DNA of 64,000 nucleotides from an uncultured bacterium. GTDB lineage: Bacteria; Verrucomicrobiota; Verrucomicrobiia; Limisphaerales; UBA8199. This document shows, in pieces, positions 40,727-52,300 of this stretch (position 1 is its first letter; each line of letters opens with the position of its first letter). The notes below the pieces were generated by a model. That model was not told the DNA's origin and made no database searches. It was given only the letters and a program-made list of their open reading frames with translations. The stretch is taken from assembly GCA_963749495.1 (NCBI GenBank), contig CAVVMW010000023.1, positions 829,698 through 893,697 of the forward strand. The letters run 5' to 3'. The translations under genes were made by a program, and so were the position numbers.

Positions 40727-40983
40727 GCGGTAGAGCATTTAATCGGCAACGCCTGCATAGGGACAGGAGAATTACAGAAAAACCTTTGACCCTGACGTTG
40801 CGTGAGGCCTGACATTGTGGATTCCGAACTGCGGAAGGCGTATGAGGCCTATCACCCCAAGCTGCCCAAGTTCGCGGCGGCGGCGATGAAGTCCTTCGCG
40901 GAACGAGAAGTTGATTGAGTCGGCGTTTCTGCGCAGGCGGTGGTGACATCGGCGAGGCCCCGTGGAATAGTGACCGGGAAATC

Positions 40984-42045
40984 ATGAAACTTGGCTTTGG
41001 TCTCTATCGGCACCAACTTAATGCAGACCATTACGCGTTCGCCCGCCAGTGCGGCGCGACCCACCTGGTGATCCATTTGGTGGACTACTTTCGCTCCTCG
41101 CGCAGCAACCGGCCCGACGACCAGCCCGTAGGCGACGACGCCGGCTGGGGTTTGGCGGGAGACCCGGACAGGCTCTGGTCTTTCGAGGAACTCTCCGCCA
41201 TCAAGGCCGAGGCCGCCTCGCACGGTCTTCAAATCGAGGCCATCGAGAACTTCGACCCGGCCCATTGGCACGACGTGTTGCTGGACGGCCCCACGAAGAC
41301 GCGGCAATTCGAGGACCTCAAAGCCATCGTCCGCACCGTGGGCCGGGCGGGCATTCCCATCATCGGCTACAAGTTCTCTCTGGCCGGGGTGGCCGGGCGG
41401 GTCAAAGGCCCCTGGGGCCGCGGCGGCGCGGAGGTCGTCGCCGTGGACGGCCCTTGCGACAGACCAATTCCTCAGGGCATGATTTGGAACATGGTCTATG
41501 ACCGGGACGCCGGGCCGGGGACCGTCGCGCCCGTGACGCCTGAGGATCTGTGGCGGCGGCATGGCGAGTTTCTGGACGAGTTGTTGCCCGTAGCCGAGGA
41601 GGCTGGGGTCACCCTGGCCGCTCATCCTGACGACCCGCCGCTGGCAAGCGTGCGCGGCCAACCACGCCTGGTCAACCAGCCGCGGCTCTACCAGCGGTTG
41701 CTCGACCGGCGTCCCAGCCCGCGCAATGCCCTCGAGCTTTGCCTGGGCACGCTGGCCGAGATGACTGAAGACGACCTCTACGCCGCCGTCGAGAGTTACA
41801 GCCGGCAGGACAAGATCGCCTACGTTCACTTCCGCAACGTCCGCGGAAAAGTCCCGTGCTACCAGGAGACATTCATCGATGAGGGCGACATCAACCTGCC
41901 GCGGGTTCTGAGGATTCTCAAGCGGAACGGTTTCGAGGGCGTTCTCATCCCAGACCACGCGCCGCAGATGACATGCGCGGCCCCGTGGCACGCCGGCATG
42001 GCTTACGCTTGCGGTTGGATGAAGGCCGCGATTCAGGGCATCTGA
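40984..42045 (+). CDS. uxuA: mannonate dehydratase
   Basis: PVAEEAGVTLAAHPDDPP, LELCLGT, YVHFRNVRG, ETFIDEGD, IPDHAP. Confidence 0.9.
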   Translation: MKLGFGLYRHQLNADHYAFARQCGATHLVIHLVDYFRSSRSNRPDDQPVGDDAGWGLAGDPDRLWSFEELSAIKAEAASHGLQIEAIENFDPAHWHDVLLDGPTKTRQFEDLKAIVRTVGRAGIPIIGYKFSLAGVAGRVKGPWGRGGAEVVAVDGPCDRPIPQGMIWNMVYDRDAGPGTVAPVTPEDLWRRHGEFLDELLPVAEEAGVTLAAHPDDPPLASVRGQPRLVNQPRLYQRLLDRRPSPRNALELCLGTLAEMTEDDLYAAVESYSRQDKIAYVHFRNVRGKVPCYQETFIDEGDINLPRVLRILKRNGFEGVLIPDHAPQMTCAAPWHAGMAYACGWMKAAIQGI

Positions 42046-42115
42046 CTCAGATTGGGTGGGCCGGCTTTCTTCCGTAGCTTGGGCGCGTTATGAGGTATGG
42101 GAATCTCGGGTTGGT

Positions 42116-43759
42116 TCAGCGAGGAGCCCGCGTGTCCGGGCGTTCGGTCCTCACCCGATAAATGTGGACCGCGAGCGGGGCGTAGGTGTCCTTGAAGGCC
42201 CCATCTTGCGAGGGCACCGTGCGATTCTCGTCCACGACATCGACCGGGGTTCCCGCTCGCAGCCCCGGCAGGGTGATCGTGGCGTCGGCGCTCTTCAAAC
42301 GCGGATCGTAGTTCACCGTGAACAGAAAAACGTCCTGGCCCGATCGGCGCGCCAACAGGTCGAGTTTCACGTCTGATTCGGCGGCGAGGATGGTGGGTTC
42401 CGGCAATGGCTGGCCCAGGAGCGCGGGTGCCAGACGGGTAATCTGGCCGTTGATCTCGCGCAAGGCCCGGCGGTTGGGGTCGGGCGCGCCGAACTCGGCG
42501 AAGTGAGGTTTCCAGACGTGCGTGAAGTAACCAATGGCCGTGGCCCCACGACAGAGGCACATCCACACCTCCGCGCGGATGTGCTCAGGGGTGACGTCGT
42601 GTTGCCCCTCGATCGGGCCCGTCCACTGGCCCCCTTTGCTGGTCTCGATCCAGACATAAACTGGGCGTGGGCCCGCCAGGCGCACCAGCAGTTGGGTCGC
42701 GTCGTGGTTGAGGTCCAGCCACTCGGGTTTGTTCCAGCCATAAATCGGGTAAATATCGTAGCCGACCACGTCACTCGCCTGGATATAAGCCGGGTACATG
42801 CGGGTGCGCTCCGCTTCGGACCACTTCTTGAAGAAGGGCAGAAAATCGCCGGTCAACGTGATGAACACCGGCCGGGTCGCATCGGCCGCTTTGACCGCCG
42901 TGTATTTCCTCAGGGTCACCTCGGGCGTCGCTTGCGGGACCTGCCGGGGCGGTGACAGCAGGACGTTCGTGCCTTCGACGTTCCAGGCTTCGATTTCGCC
43001 CAGCGAGCCGTACACCTCCCTGCCGGGCGTGATGGCCGTGATGCGCACCGTGAGGTCCTCGATTCGGACCGCCTGCCGCAGCAGGAACTTCTGCCGTCCG
43101 TTCCGGGGGAGCGGCGCCACCTGGAGCAACTCCTTGCCGCCCGACTCGAAGGCGATTTCCTTGGGCAACGATAAGCCTGGGGACACCGTCAAGGCCACCC
43201 CCACGCTGACGATGACGGCAGGTTGGGCAGGGCGAATGGTCACGCTCGAGCCCTCCAGCGGATCGAGCACGGTCCATGAACTCAGGTCGCCATCGACCAG
43301 CTTGAACATAGGCGTGCCGGGGTTGAGGTGGAGACCTTTCGCCGGTTCGATGCGCGCGTCGCTCACCTTGCGGTCCAGGTCCGGCTCGTCGTCGTGGATA
43401 TAGCCGAGGACGTTGGGGTTGCCTTTGAGGCTCGGTTGGAACGGCATGACCACGTAGAGTCCCGCCCGCCGGGCCGACTCGACGTAATCCGCTGCGTTGG
43501 TGGTCCCTCCGGACCCGGCCCAATAACCGGCGGTGGCGTTGAACCCGCACTCCTTGAGCAACGCCAGATTCTTGAGCGGCTGCAGCCAGCCCATGATGGG
43601 GAAGAACGGCTGTCCGTTAACGAGGAAGGCGCGGTTCCGAATTTCCACCTTGTCGATGGGAGGCAGGGACGATTCGGCGGCAACCGCGCTCCAGACCAGT
43701 GTCCCCGCCAGAATGGGCGTCAATGTCCGCAGGCTGCGACGAAGGAGAAGGGAGTGCAT
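42116..43759 (-). CDS. secreted glycoside hydrolase-like protein with a discoidin-like insertion
   Basis: FLVNGQPFFPI, GYIHDDEPD, DVVGYDIYP, VYVWIET; signal peptide. Confidence 0.65.
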   Translation of the reverse strand: MHSLLLRRSLRTLTPILAGTLVWSAVAAESSLPPIDKVEIRNRAFLVNGQPFFPIMGWLQPLKNLALLKECGFNATAGYWAGSGGTTNAADYVESARRAGLYVVMPFQPSLKGNPNVLGYIHDDEPDLDRKVSDARIEPAKGLHLNPGTPMFKLVDGDLSSWTVLDPLEGSSVTIRPAQPAVIVSVGVALTVSPGLSLPKEIAFESGGKELLQVAPLPRNGRQKFLLRQAVRIEDLTVRITAITPGREVYGSLGEIEAWNVEGTNVLLSPPRQVPQATPEVTLRKYTAVKAADATRPVFITLTGDFLPFFKKWSEAERTRMYPAYIQASDVVGYDIYPIYGWNKPEWLDLNHDATQLLVRLAGPRPVYVWIETSKGGQWTGPIEGQHDVTPEHIRAEVWMCLCRGATAIGYFTHVWKPHFAEFGAPDPNRRALREINGQITRLAPALLGQPLPEPTILAAESDVKLDLLARRSGQDVFLFTVNYDPRLKSADATITLPGLRAGTPVDVVDENRTVPSQDGAFKDTYAPLAVHIYRVRTERPDTRAPR

Positions 43760-43807
43760 GTTAGGTTGTGCTCATTGGGTCACCGAGGTTTTGCTCTCAA
43801 ACGGGAT

Positions 43808-45304
43808 TCACTCCGTCAGCAGCTCCGCGCCAGGGATTTTGAACGTGAAGTTGTGCCTGCACGGAAGGCGCTGAGGCGGCAGCGGCGGGACCTCGATCTC
43901 GAGGTCTTTGCCGTGAACCTGGCTGCGGAGCACGCCCTCGACACCGAGCATGGTGACCTGGGGGTTGGCAGGCGCCTTCACGTTGCGGAGGGTCACGCGC
44001 GGCGCCAGCCAACCCGTGGTGATGGCATACAACGCGTCCGGCTTCTTGGTGAACAACAACTGTTTGACCGCCCGGCCTGCTTTTGGCTGCTGCCCGATCT
44101 GGTCCATGAGGTTGTACTTCACCATGAACTCGCCGTATTCCTGGCCGGGGCGAGTCCCTTCCGACCATTGGCAAGGACGCCCGGCATAGCGTGTGCCGTA
44201 AATCGCCTCGCCATTGACCTTGAGCCAATCGCCCACCTCGAGGAGGCGCTGCTGCATGATGACCGGGATGCGCCCATCGCCCGTCGGGCCGATGTCCAGG
44301 AGGAAGTTGCCGCCGCGGCTCACCAAATCGCACAGGACCATGATGAGTTCGCGGCCGCTCTTGTAATCGTCGATGCTCTCGGCCCGGTTGTAGCCGTAGG
44401 AATACGCCATCCCGCGGCTCTCCTCCCACGGATGAGCGGCGTCTTTGAGCCCTGCGCCGTATTCGGTCGTGTAGTAGCCGCCGTGATGGTGCCGCGTTTC
44501 CTTGCCCCACCGGTCGTTGATGACCACTTCGTCCTTGCAGGGCGATTCGTTGAAGAGCCACGCCAGCAATTCCTCGCTCTTCCAATCTGCGGAGGCCAAG
44601 TCCCATTCTCCATCGGAGAAGATAATGGCGGGCCGATAGCGAGTGACCAGGTCCTTGAACTGCGGGTGCATGTGCTGCGTGACATAGGCTCGCTTGTCCT
44701 TTAGCCAAAGCGGATTGTACCACTCGTAAAGGGAATAATAGAAACCGAACTTGAGCCCCCGCTTGCGGGTCGCCACGTCAAGGTCGCCCAGGAGGTCGCG
44801 TTTCGGCCCGATGACCGCCGCGTTCCAGGGCCGGCCCCAGGTGCGGTTGGCCTCTTCACTGGGGCAGAGACAGAAACCCTCGTGATGCTTCGAGGTGAGC
44901 ACGATGTATCTGGCGCCGGAGCGGGCGAAGATGTCCGCCCATTGTTTCGGGTTGAAAAGCTCCGCGCGGAACAGCGGGGCGAACTGCTGGTACTCGAAAT
45001 CCTTGCCGTAGTTGGCCTGGTGAAACTGCCACCAGAGATTATCGGGTTTCTTGTCCGTGATGTGGTTCCAATACCATTCCGCGTACTCCTTGGGCGCGCC
45101 CCAAGCCGGCACCGAATAGACGCCCCAATGGATGAAGATGCCGAATTTGGCGTCCAGGTACCAATCGGGGCATGGCCGTTTGTCCAGGGATTCCCACTTG
45201 GCTTCATACCTGGTCTCCGAGGCTTGCGTGCCGGCCTGGCCTTCCGACAGCCTGGCCAACGCGGCAACAACAATTAGGCAACACACAGATTCAGTCATTT
45301 TCAT
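43808..45304 (-). CDS. alpha-L-fucosidase (GH29)
   Basis: WYLDAKFGIFIHWGVYSVP, TSKHHEGF, IFSDGEW, INDRWG, VNGEAIYGT. Confidence 0.95.
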   Translation of the reverse strand: MKMTESVCCLIVVAALARLSEGQAGTQASETRYEAKWESLDKRPCPDWYLDAKFGIFIHWGVYSVPAWGAPKEYAEWYWNHITDKKPDNLWWQFHQANYGKDFEYQQFAPLFRAELFNPKQWADIFARSGARYIVLTSKHHEGFCLCPSEEANRTWGRPWNAAVIGPKRDLLGDLDVATRKRGLKFGFYYSLYEWYNPLWLKDKRAYVTQHMHPQFKDLVTRYRPAIIFSDGEWDLASADWKSEELLAWLFNESPCKDEVVINDRWGKETRHHHGGYYTTEYGAGLKDAAHPWEESRGMAYSYGYNRAESIDDYKSGRELIMVLCDLVSRGGNFLLDIGPTGDGRIPVIMQQRLLEVGDWLKVNGEAIYGTRYAGRPCQWSEGTRPGQEYGEFMVKYNLMDQIGQQPKAGRAVKQLLFTKKPDALYAITTGWLAPRVTLRNVKAPANPQVTMLGVEGVLRSQVHGKDLEIEVPPLPPQRLPCRHNFTFKIPGAELLTE

Positions 45305-45510
45305 CGCAGTGCTCGCGCTCCATCCAGACTCAATTCTCCACCCGTCCCGCGGCACACCCGCGGGTCGTTCGCATGTTGCCACACTGCCCAGGTGCGATCC
45401 AGGTTTTCCCACAACCGAACGGATCGGGCCCCGTATTGCCGTGTCGGTGCTTGAACAGTGACCTTTTTTGAACCACGCTCATTGCCCATGCATCGCCCCT
45501 TTGAAATGTA

Positions 45511-46251
45511 ATGCTCATGAGCGGAGGACTATCCCCTTTTCTCGCCGTACTGCTCTGCGCCTCCACGCTTGCAGGCGCCGCGGAGCCCAAGGAACCGAAT
45601 ACGCAAGTGGACCATCCCGCTTCCTCGGGCATTCCTGGCATCCCCACGGTCCACATTGGGACGGTGGAGGTGCCCGCCGGTTGCGCGTTGGCCAGGCGGG
45701 AGCATCCGCGCCTGCTTTTCACCAAAGCGGGCGTTTCAGCCATTCGCGTCCGCATCGCGCAGCCGGGCTTGCGTGAGATTTACGGACGCTTGAAGCAGAC
45801 GGTCGATGCGCAGAACTACGATATCTACGACACGTGGTGGCAGAAGGTCGGCACGGCCGAGTACCAGGAGGACATCGGCCTCGGGTGGTGGCGGGTCGAG
45901 GTCGAACCCCCGCGACCACAAGCAGAGGACGTTTTCCTGCACGTCCTGTGGGCGACCGACGGCCAGGTTGCGAAGATGTTCCCGGTCGAGACTATCGAGA
46001 AGGAGGGCCAGGCCGGCGCCAGGTTCACCGCCGACGGGATGGAGGTAGAAGTGCTCTTTGCCACGACCGGCGGGCTCAGCGCTCGGCTCAAGTTGGCCGC
46101 CAACGGCAAACCCTTCTGTGACCGTTCGCTGGCGAAGGGGGTCGAGGACGATTACCGGAAATGGAGCCGCGATGGCCGTTTCTCAGCGTGGTTGACCAAT
46201 GCGCCCATGCGGGCCGTGGTGGGCAAGCTGGACCCCATCTCAGGGAACTGA
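45511..46251 (+). pseudogene. heparinase II/III-like gene with the central part missing
   Basis: N-terminal EHPRLLFT motif joined in frame to C-terminal WRVEVEP...FLHVL; only 246 aa. Confidence 0.6.
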
Positions 46252-46329
46252 GCCTCCCGTCTTCTCAGCTATTCATCGTTAATGGCGACGGCCTGGAACG
46301 CCCGGCGAGCAGTGCCCCGGCAACGTCGC

Positions 46330-49015
46330 TCACTGCTGCCCGTGCAAGGCCTTTTGGTTCCACCGCCGGTTGGCTTCGGCCGTCAGTTCAATCATGTAGG
46401 CACGCGCGTTCTCGAAGGTCGCGCTCCAGTCCTGGCTCTGGCTCTGGAGGTCGAAGACCCAAAATGCCGCCAAGTCGGCCTGTGCCTGCTCCAGGTCGGC
46501 GAGGAGTCGCTCGAATTTGGCCCTTGTGTCCCCTGCCTGGCCGCTGGAAGCCAGGCCAAACTCGCCCACAAACACCGGCCGCTTCATCTCCAGCGACAAT
46601 TGACGAACCGCCAGCAGGTACTCGGCGTGATCTTTGGCCCAAGCCGCGGTTTCCTTCGAGACAGGTTGATCGGCATAGATATGGATGGCGATAGTATCGA
46701 GCGGTGCAGGGTTGTCGCGCCGGAGAATCTCCAGGGTTCGTTCCTTGCTGTCGGCTTTCCAGCTTTTCTCGGCGCTGTTGTGCCAGGCCGATGCACGCGG
46801 ATGCGAGTGGCCCGCGATGATCAGCCGGCGCGCGTCGTGCCGGCGGACTTCCTTGGCGAATTCCCGCAGCATCACCACCATCACCTGCGAGGTCAGGTCG
46901 TCGCGCTCGGTGCCCCCGGGCTTGCGATATTGCGCGGCGTTCGGCAAATCGGCCAGAAGGTTGGCTTCGTTGCCAAACTCCCAGGCCCAAAGTGCCGGTG
47001 AGTTCTTGTAACGCTCGACGATCGCCCCGACAATCTGCCGCATTAACGCGCTGGTCTTGCTGCCGGGATTGCCCCATTGGTCGCGTGGCTCGTTGGTGAG
47101 GTCCGGGAAGGTCATGAAGCTCCAGAAGAACGATGGAATGAGGCCGACGTTGGCCCGCTCGGCGGCTTGGACCACTGAATCCAAACGACGGAAGAATTCC
47201 TCCCGCTGGTCGAGGAAGATCTTCCAATCCGCCTCGTCAAAGGCGACCGCAAAGCGCACGAATGGAATGCCCGCCCGGCCAAGCCGCCCCAGACCGTCGA
47301 GGCTCGGTACTGTTCGTGGGCTCGTGCAGGACCCGCAGGAACAGGTCGAAGTAGTTGGCGCCCACACCCCGATACGACCCCGCCCCCTTGAACAGGAACC
47401 CGTTGGTTTGCCAGAGCCCGGGAAGAAGGCCGAGTGCGCGGGGTTGAGCGCGAGAGTCCGACTCGGCACCGGCGTCACCGATTTCCCGATAGGTGATCAA
47501 CTCCGAACTCGGGCGAGTGTCGAGACTCAATAAAAGGCCGCGCATCAGGTCTGCACCGCGGGCCTCGCGCTTCTCACCGGAACTGTCGAAGGTCAAAGCG
47601 TAGCTCCGTTCGAGCTTCAGGCCGCGCAAGGCGACTTCCACGGTGCGATAGGGGCTTTCGGCGTGGCGGAACGCCAGGATCATTCCCTCACCCAAGTCGG
47701 GGCGGTGGAATTGCACCGCCATCCAATCACGCGGATTGCGCGTGTAGGGCAGGAGCGGATACCAGGCGCCCACCAGGAGGTGGCGGATGGCGCGGTAGCG
47801 GTCGAGCATCTGCCTGGCCCGCTCGCGCTCGAAGCCGGGCGCGTCGGCGATCCAGGCCGGGATGAGCGACGCCGCGAGCGTGGAGTGGAACGATTTGAAG
47901 AAAGGAAAATCCCGGTTGGAGGACCTTCCGCCCCCGGCGCTCAACCGCTCCGTCTGCCCGGCCTTGAGGACCACAGTGGCCGGCTCGAAGTCGGTTGGGT
48001 CCGCAGGCGCGCCTTTGGTGCGGTGCAGCCGATAGGGCGCGTCGCGCGCGAGCGGGGCGGCGAGTGCGAGATCGAGCGCCTGGATATTCTCGATGATGGG
48101 CGTGTCGCGGCTGCCGGTGTTCTCGAAGTAGAGCACCCACTCGCAGTCCGGGAAACCCCGATGGGTTCGGCTTTCCCAGCGGACACGAAGGCCCGTGGCC
48201 GCGTCCGTCCAAGCGCGCCACGAGGTGGTGACACCCTCGCTGGAATTGGTGGTGCCAGAGTCGACGGACCAGGCCGGCAAGAGGGTATCGCTGGACTGCC
48301 CGTTGTAAGCGAAGGAGAACGGGTAGCGCCCGCCGGCGTCCGGGGGTGGCGCCTGGGGTAACTCATCCAACCGGAGCGTGCGCCCCGACCGCAGCGTGAT
48401 GGCCGCATCCGCCCAATCCGCGTGGTCGCAACTCGGACCATCACCGGCATCGCCGACGCGCAGGTCCAAGGTCCGGATCTCACTCGGCGGCGAGTTGCTC
48501 ACCGCGATTTGCACCGGTTCCTCACCCCCTCGCCGCACGGGGCTGCGAAAGAGTTCGCGTCCATCGGTCTCGACCGAGAAGATCACCGAGCCGCCTCCGC
48601 CCTTGGTCCGTTCGTTGGCATCCACCCCCACCCACGCGTCGAAGCGGTCGATCGGTTCGGGGGACAGCACGCGGAGATGACTAATCGAGTGCGTGCCCAA
48701 GCCGTGAGCAAAGCCGCGACTGCCGATGATGAGAGGCGTCCCGATCACCGATCGGTTGCGCTCAAGCTGCTCGAAGTCCTGGCGGATCAATTGGAGGGCT
48801 GGCCCGCTGGGGACGGCGTTGGTGTACGGAAAAGCGAGCAGCCGTCTGAACCACTCCGCCGCGGGGTCTTTGAGGCTCTGTCCCTCGCTCGCCGCGGCAG
48901 GCGCTTCAGCGGGCAAGCGCAGGGCCATGGGCTGGGGTGTCCCTGCCGCGACATCGCTCCCGGCGCAGACCCGGAAGAGAACCAACAGAATGGCGTATCG
49001 ATGAATCACGTTCAT
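46330..49015 (-). pseudogene. chimeric NPCBM + GH36 alpha-galactosidase remnant + GH5-like domain, frameshift near 47305
   Basis: HGLGTHS...DHADWADA (NPCBM); GGRSSNRDFPFF joined to the GH36 C-terminus WYPLLPY...QFHRPDLGEG; GVGANYFDLF, then (shifted frame) WEFGNE, PVFVGEFG. Confidence 0.7.
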
Positions 49016-49356
49016 GCAGGAATTGGTCTCATGCGGCGATTATGCTAATCCCAGCGAGGGAGCGACAGAGTTTTTGCGCCGATCTGTTGGTCCACAACGG
49101 CGTGCATCGAGGACCAAATGCCGGAAAGCGGCGAGTTGGGAGCGCCTTTCGAGTTCCATTCCGAGCCTCATCGGGACTCCCCGGAAGGACACATTCTCGG
49201 GCCGAATCAAGGCAACGGCATTCCCATAGTACTGGGTCGAAAAAGAGGTTGAATTGATGCGTGCCTAAACGCCAAACTACCAACCCAGGTGCGACGCCTG
49301 TGCCCTCCATCGGTGCTGCGCCGGGTCAATGATCTCAATGTCACCCGATAGACGAA

Positions 49357-52300
49357 ATGAAAAGGAACCTTGCGCTGCTCCTGCTTGCCCTCTGGTGCTG
49401 CTCGCTCATGAAGACGGACGGGGCGCCGATGCCCGCTGTGCTCTTCGCCGGCTCGGACGGCGGTGTCTGCGGGCATGAAACCGCCAACCGGCTGGTGCAG
49501 GCGCGTTTTGCCCTGCGGGCGGACCACGCTTCTTTGAGCGAACATCCCCTGATCTGGAGCCAACTCACCAACTTCAACGTCGTGGTGCTCTCCGGCTTGG
49601 GCCTCGCCAACGCGGATATGTCCCTGGGTCGCACGCGAGAGACGATTGAGGCCCTCAATCGCTACCTCGAAGCCGGCGGCGGCGTGCTCATGCTGGGCGC
49701 TTTTGGCCAGATGGCCACGGCCAAGCCTCCCCAGGATGCTTTCCTCAAATCGCTTGGCCTCACCCCGCTTTTCGATGAGTTGCCGGACGACCCCAAGACA
49801 GCCATCACTGCAACGGCCTGGGAACTTCCCTTCGCGGTCACTGAAAATGTTGCCGTGTCACCGGTCAGCGAGGCCGTGAAATCGCTCTGGTATCCCGTTC
49901 CGCGAACCCGCGTGGGCGGCCAGAATCACACTATCCCGTTTCTGGCCGAGGCCCCATGGCAAATCGTCGTTCGCGGCTCGGCCTCCTCGCTCACGTACAA
50001 GGGGGCGTTGCAGGAGCCTCGCCCGGACCAGCCGGGCACCTACCGGGAAAAGGTCCCGCTCATGGCCCTGCGCTCCGTCGGCAAAGGGCGGATCGTTTAT
50101 CTGGGCATTACGCCGGAGTATCTCCTTGGCCTGAACGCCGCCAGCACGCTCGAAGGCATTGTGCTGGATAAGGGCCTGAAGGAAACGCCGTCGCACGGGT
50201 TCAACCTGCTGGTCAATAGTCTGCGCTGGCTGGCGGGGGCCTCGCTCGATGCCGGGTTGCTGGGCGGCGCCAAGACCGAAGAATCGCTGTTGCGCAATCC
50301 GAACAAGGTGCGGTTCGCCGAACCGTATCGCTGGCCCGAGAAGATCGGCTTTGCCCCGCCTGAACTGGCGCTGGCGGGGGTTGTTGGCCCGCGCACGAGC
50401 TACTCCAGCGGCAAGGCCACCGCCGATGAATGGGTGCAAAAGGCCAAAGCTGCCGGCCTGGCCTGGATCGTTTTCCTCGAGGATTTCGCCGGCCTCTCGA
50501 ACGATAACTTCCAAAGGCTCAAGGCCGATTGCGCGCGTTTATCCTCGGCGCAGCTTGAGGCGCTACCCGGGTTCACCATCGATGACGAGGTGGGCAACCA
50601 CTATTTCTATTTTGGCACCAGCTTTCCTTATCCGGATGCGAAGTTTCTGACGTCCGACGGCAAGCGATTCCGTTCGAGGGATGCCGAGCTGAACGCCCGC
50701 CAGCCCTATATTCAGGGCCAATTGGCCATGACCGTGCTCGACTATTCCTACTCGATTTCAAGCTTCAAGCTCACGGCCGGCAACTATCTGTTCAAGCAAA
50801 GCGCCGTGCCCTTCGCCGACTTCTTTTCGGACTACGACGCCATGGGGGTGATCACTGCGCGGAACGGCGAGGTCGTCGAGGATGCGAGCAAGGATTACCT
50901 CAAGCTGTGCGCCTCGGGCCAGACACCTGTTCCCCTGGTGATCGACCTGATGGACGATCCCGGGCAACTCGGGAAGGCGCGCTGGCGCACGGTCCTGACC
51001 TTGCCCCAACACGGCGGCGGCATAATCGGCGGCACGCTCAGACCCGAGAGCAAGGTCCGCGATTACTTCGATACCTGGCATACCTATCCCGATAATCCCG
51101 TGAAACCCCAGGTCACCTCCGGCCCGCGGATCGAAGCCTGGTCGCACACCGGCCCGCGCGACTACGAGGGCAATTTGCCGGGGGATTTCGTGTGGCAGAA
51201 TTATCGCTGGGTAGTCCACGGGAAAGCCAGCTCGCCTGCCGGGCTCAGGGAGGTGGCGGTCTGTGACGGTCCACGCTTGTTCCGCCGTTTTCTTCCCCAT
51301 GGAAAGGCCGAGTTCGAATTCACGCTGGATTTGACCCATGACCGGCAGCATTGCCTGGTGCTGGTCGCGACGGACCAGGTTGGGGGCCGGGCCTTCAGTG
51401 GCGATCAATGGGACCGGAACCACCGGGCGGAGGAATTCATGTGCGGCGACCGGAATAACCAACTCACTTACGGTTACGTCATCAACAACGATGGAATCGG
51501 CATCCTGCTGGGCGGCAACCAGACCCTCGGCACCACCATCAAGCGCATCTCATGCGGCATCTCGCCTTCGGGGACCTTCAAGAACGATCGGCTCCTGGGC
51601 GCCCCCGCCTTCGACGGCGGGGCCGGCGGAGAGCCTGAGGTGTGGGAAAACACGGTCCCGCTCTCGCCTGCTCACGAGGTGCCGAACCCGGTGGTGACCG
51701 AGGCCCGCCGGTTGTTGATCACGCGGGACGTAATGATCGGCGACGGCCCCCGGGAGCATTGCTTCGCCGACAGTGTTCCCGTCCACAACGTCTGGCACAC
51801 CCTCTGGCGCACGCAACCGGTCCGGGAGTACAGCGTCAACCGCCGCAACCATTTCTTCCAGATCGATCCCGACAGCCCGCTGGCGGTTTTCCTATGGCAA
51901 ATCAACATCGCGATGAAAGAGGACCTGCCCAACCAGGGCTTCCAGGTCGCCACGCTGCAATCGCGGCAGTCTCACGCTTGGGCCGTGCGATCCGATGCCA
52001 ACACTTTGCGCAGTGGACACTGGGATCGGCCGGAACAGGCGGCCAAGCCTGTTTCCGACCGTTTCGGACTGAACGCCTACGCGGCCTTCCTGGACTCGCC
52101 GTTGGGTGGGGCGGCCGTTCTCTCCCTGACGGATGGCCTCACCGTGCGCACCACCCTGCCCAAACGCGGCGACGTGCAAGTCATCCTTCCCGCCGAAGCG
52201 GCGCCTCAAAGGAAAGGCGGAGTCAAACAGGTGAACCTGCTGATCCTCGGCGTTCCCCGTCGCTGCACCCTGACGGAGAGTTGGCCTCCCTCCAAAGATG

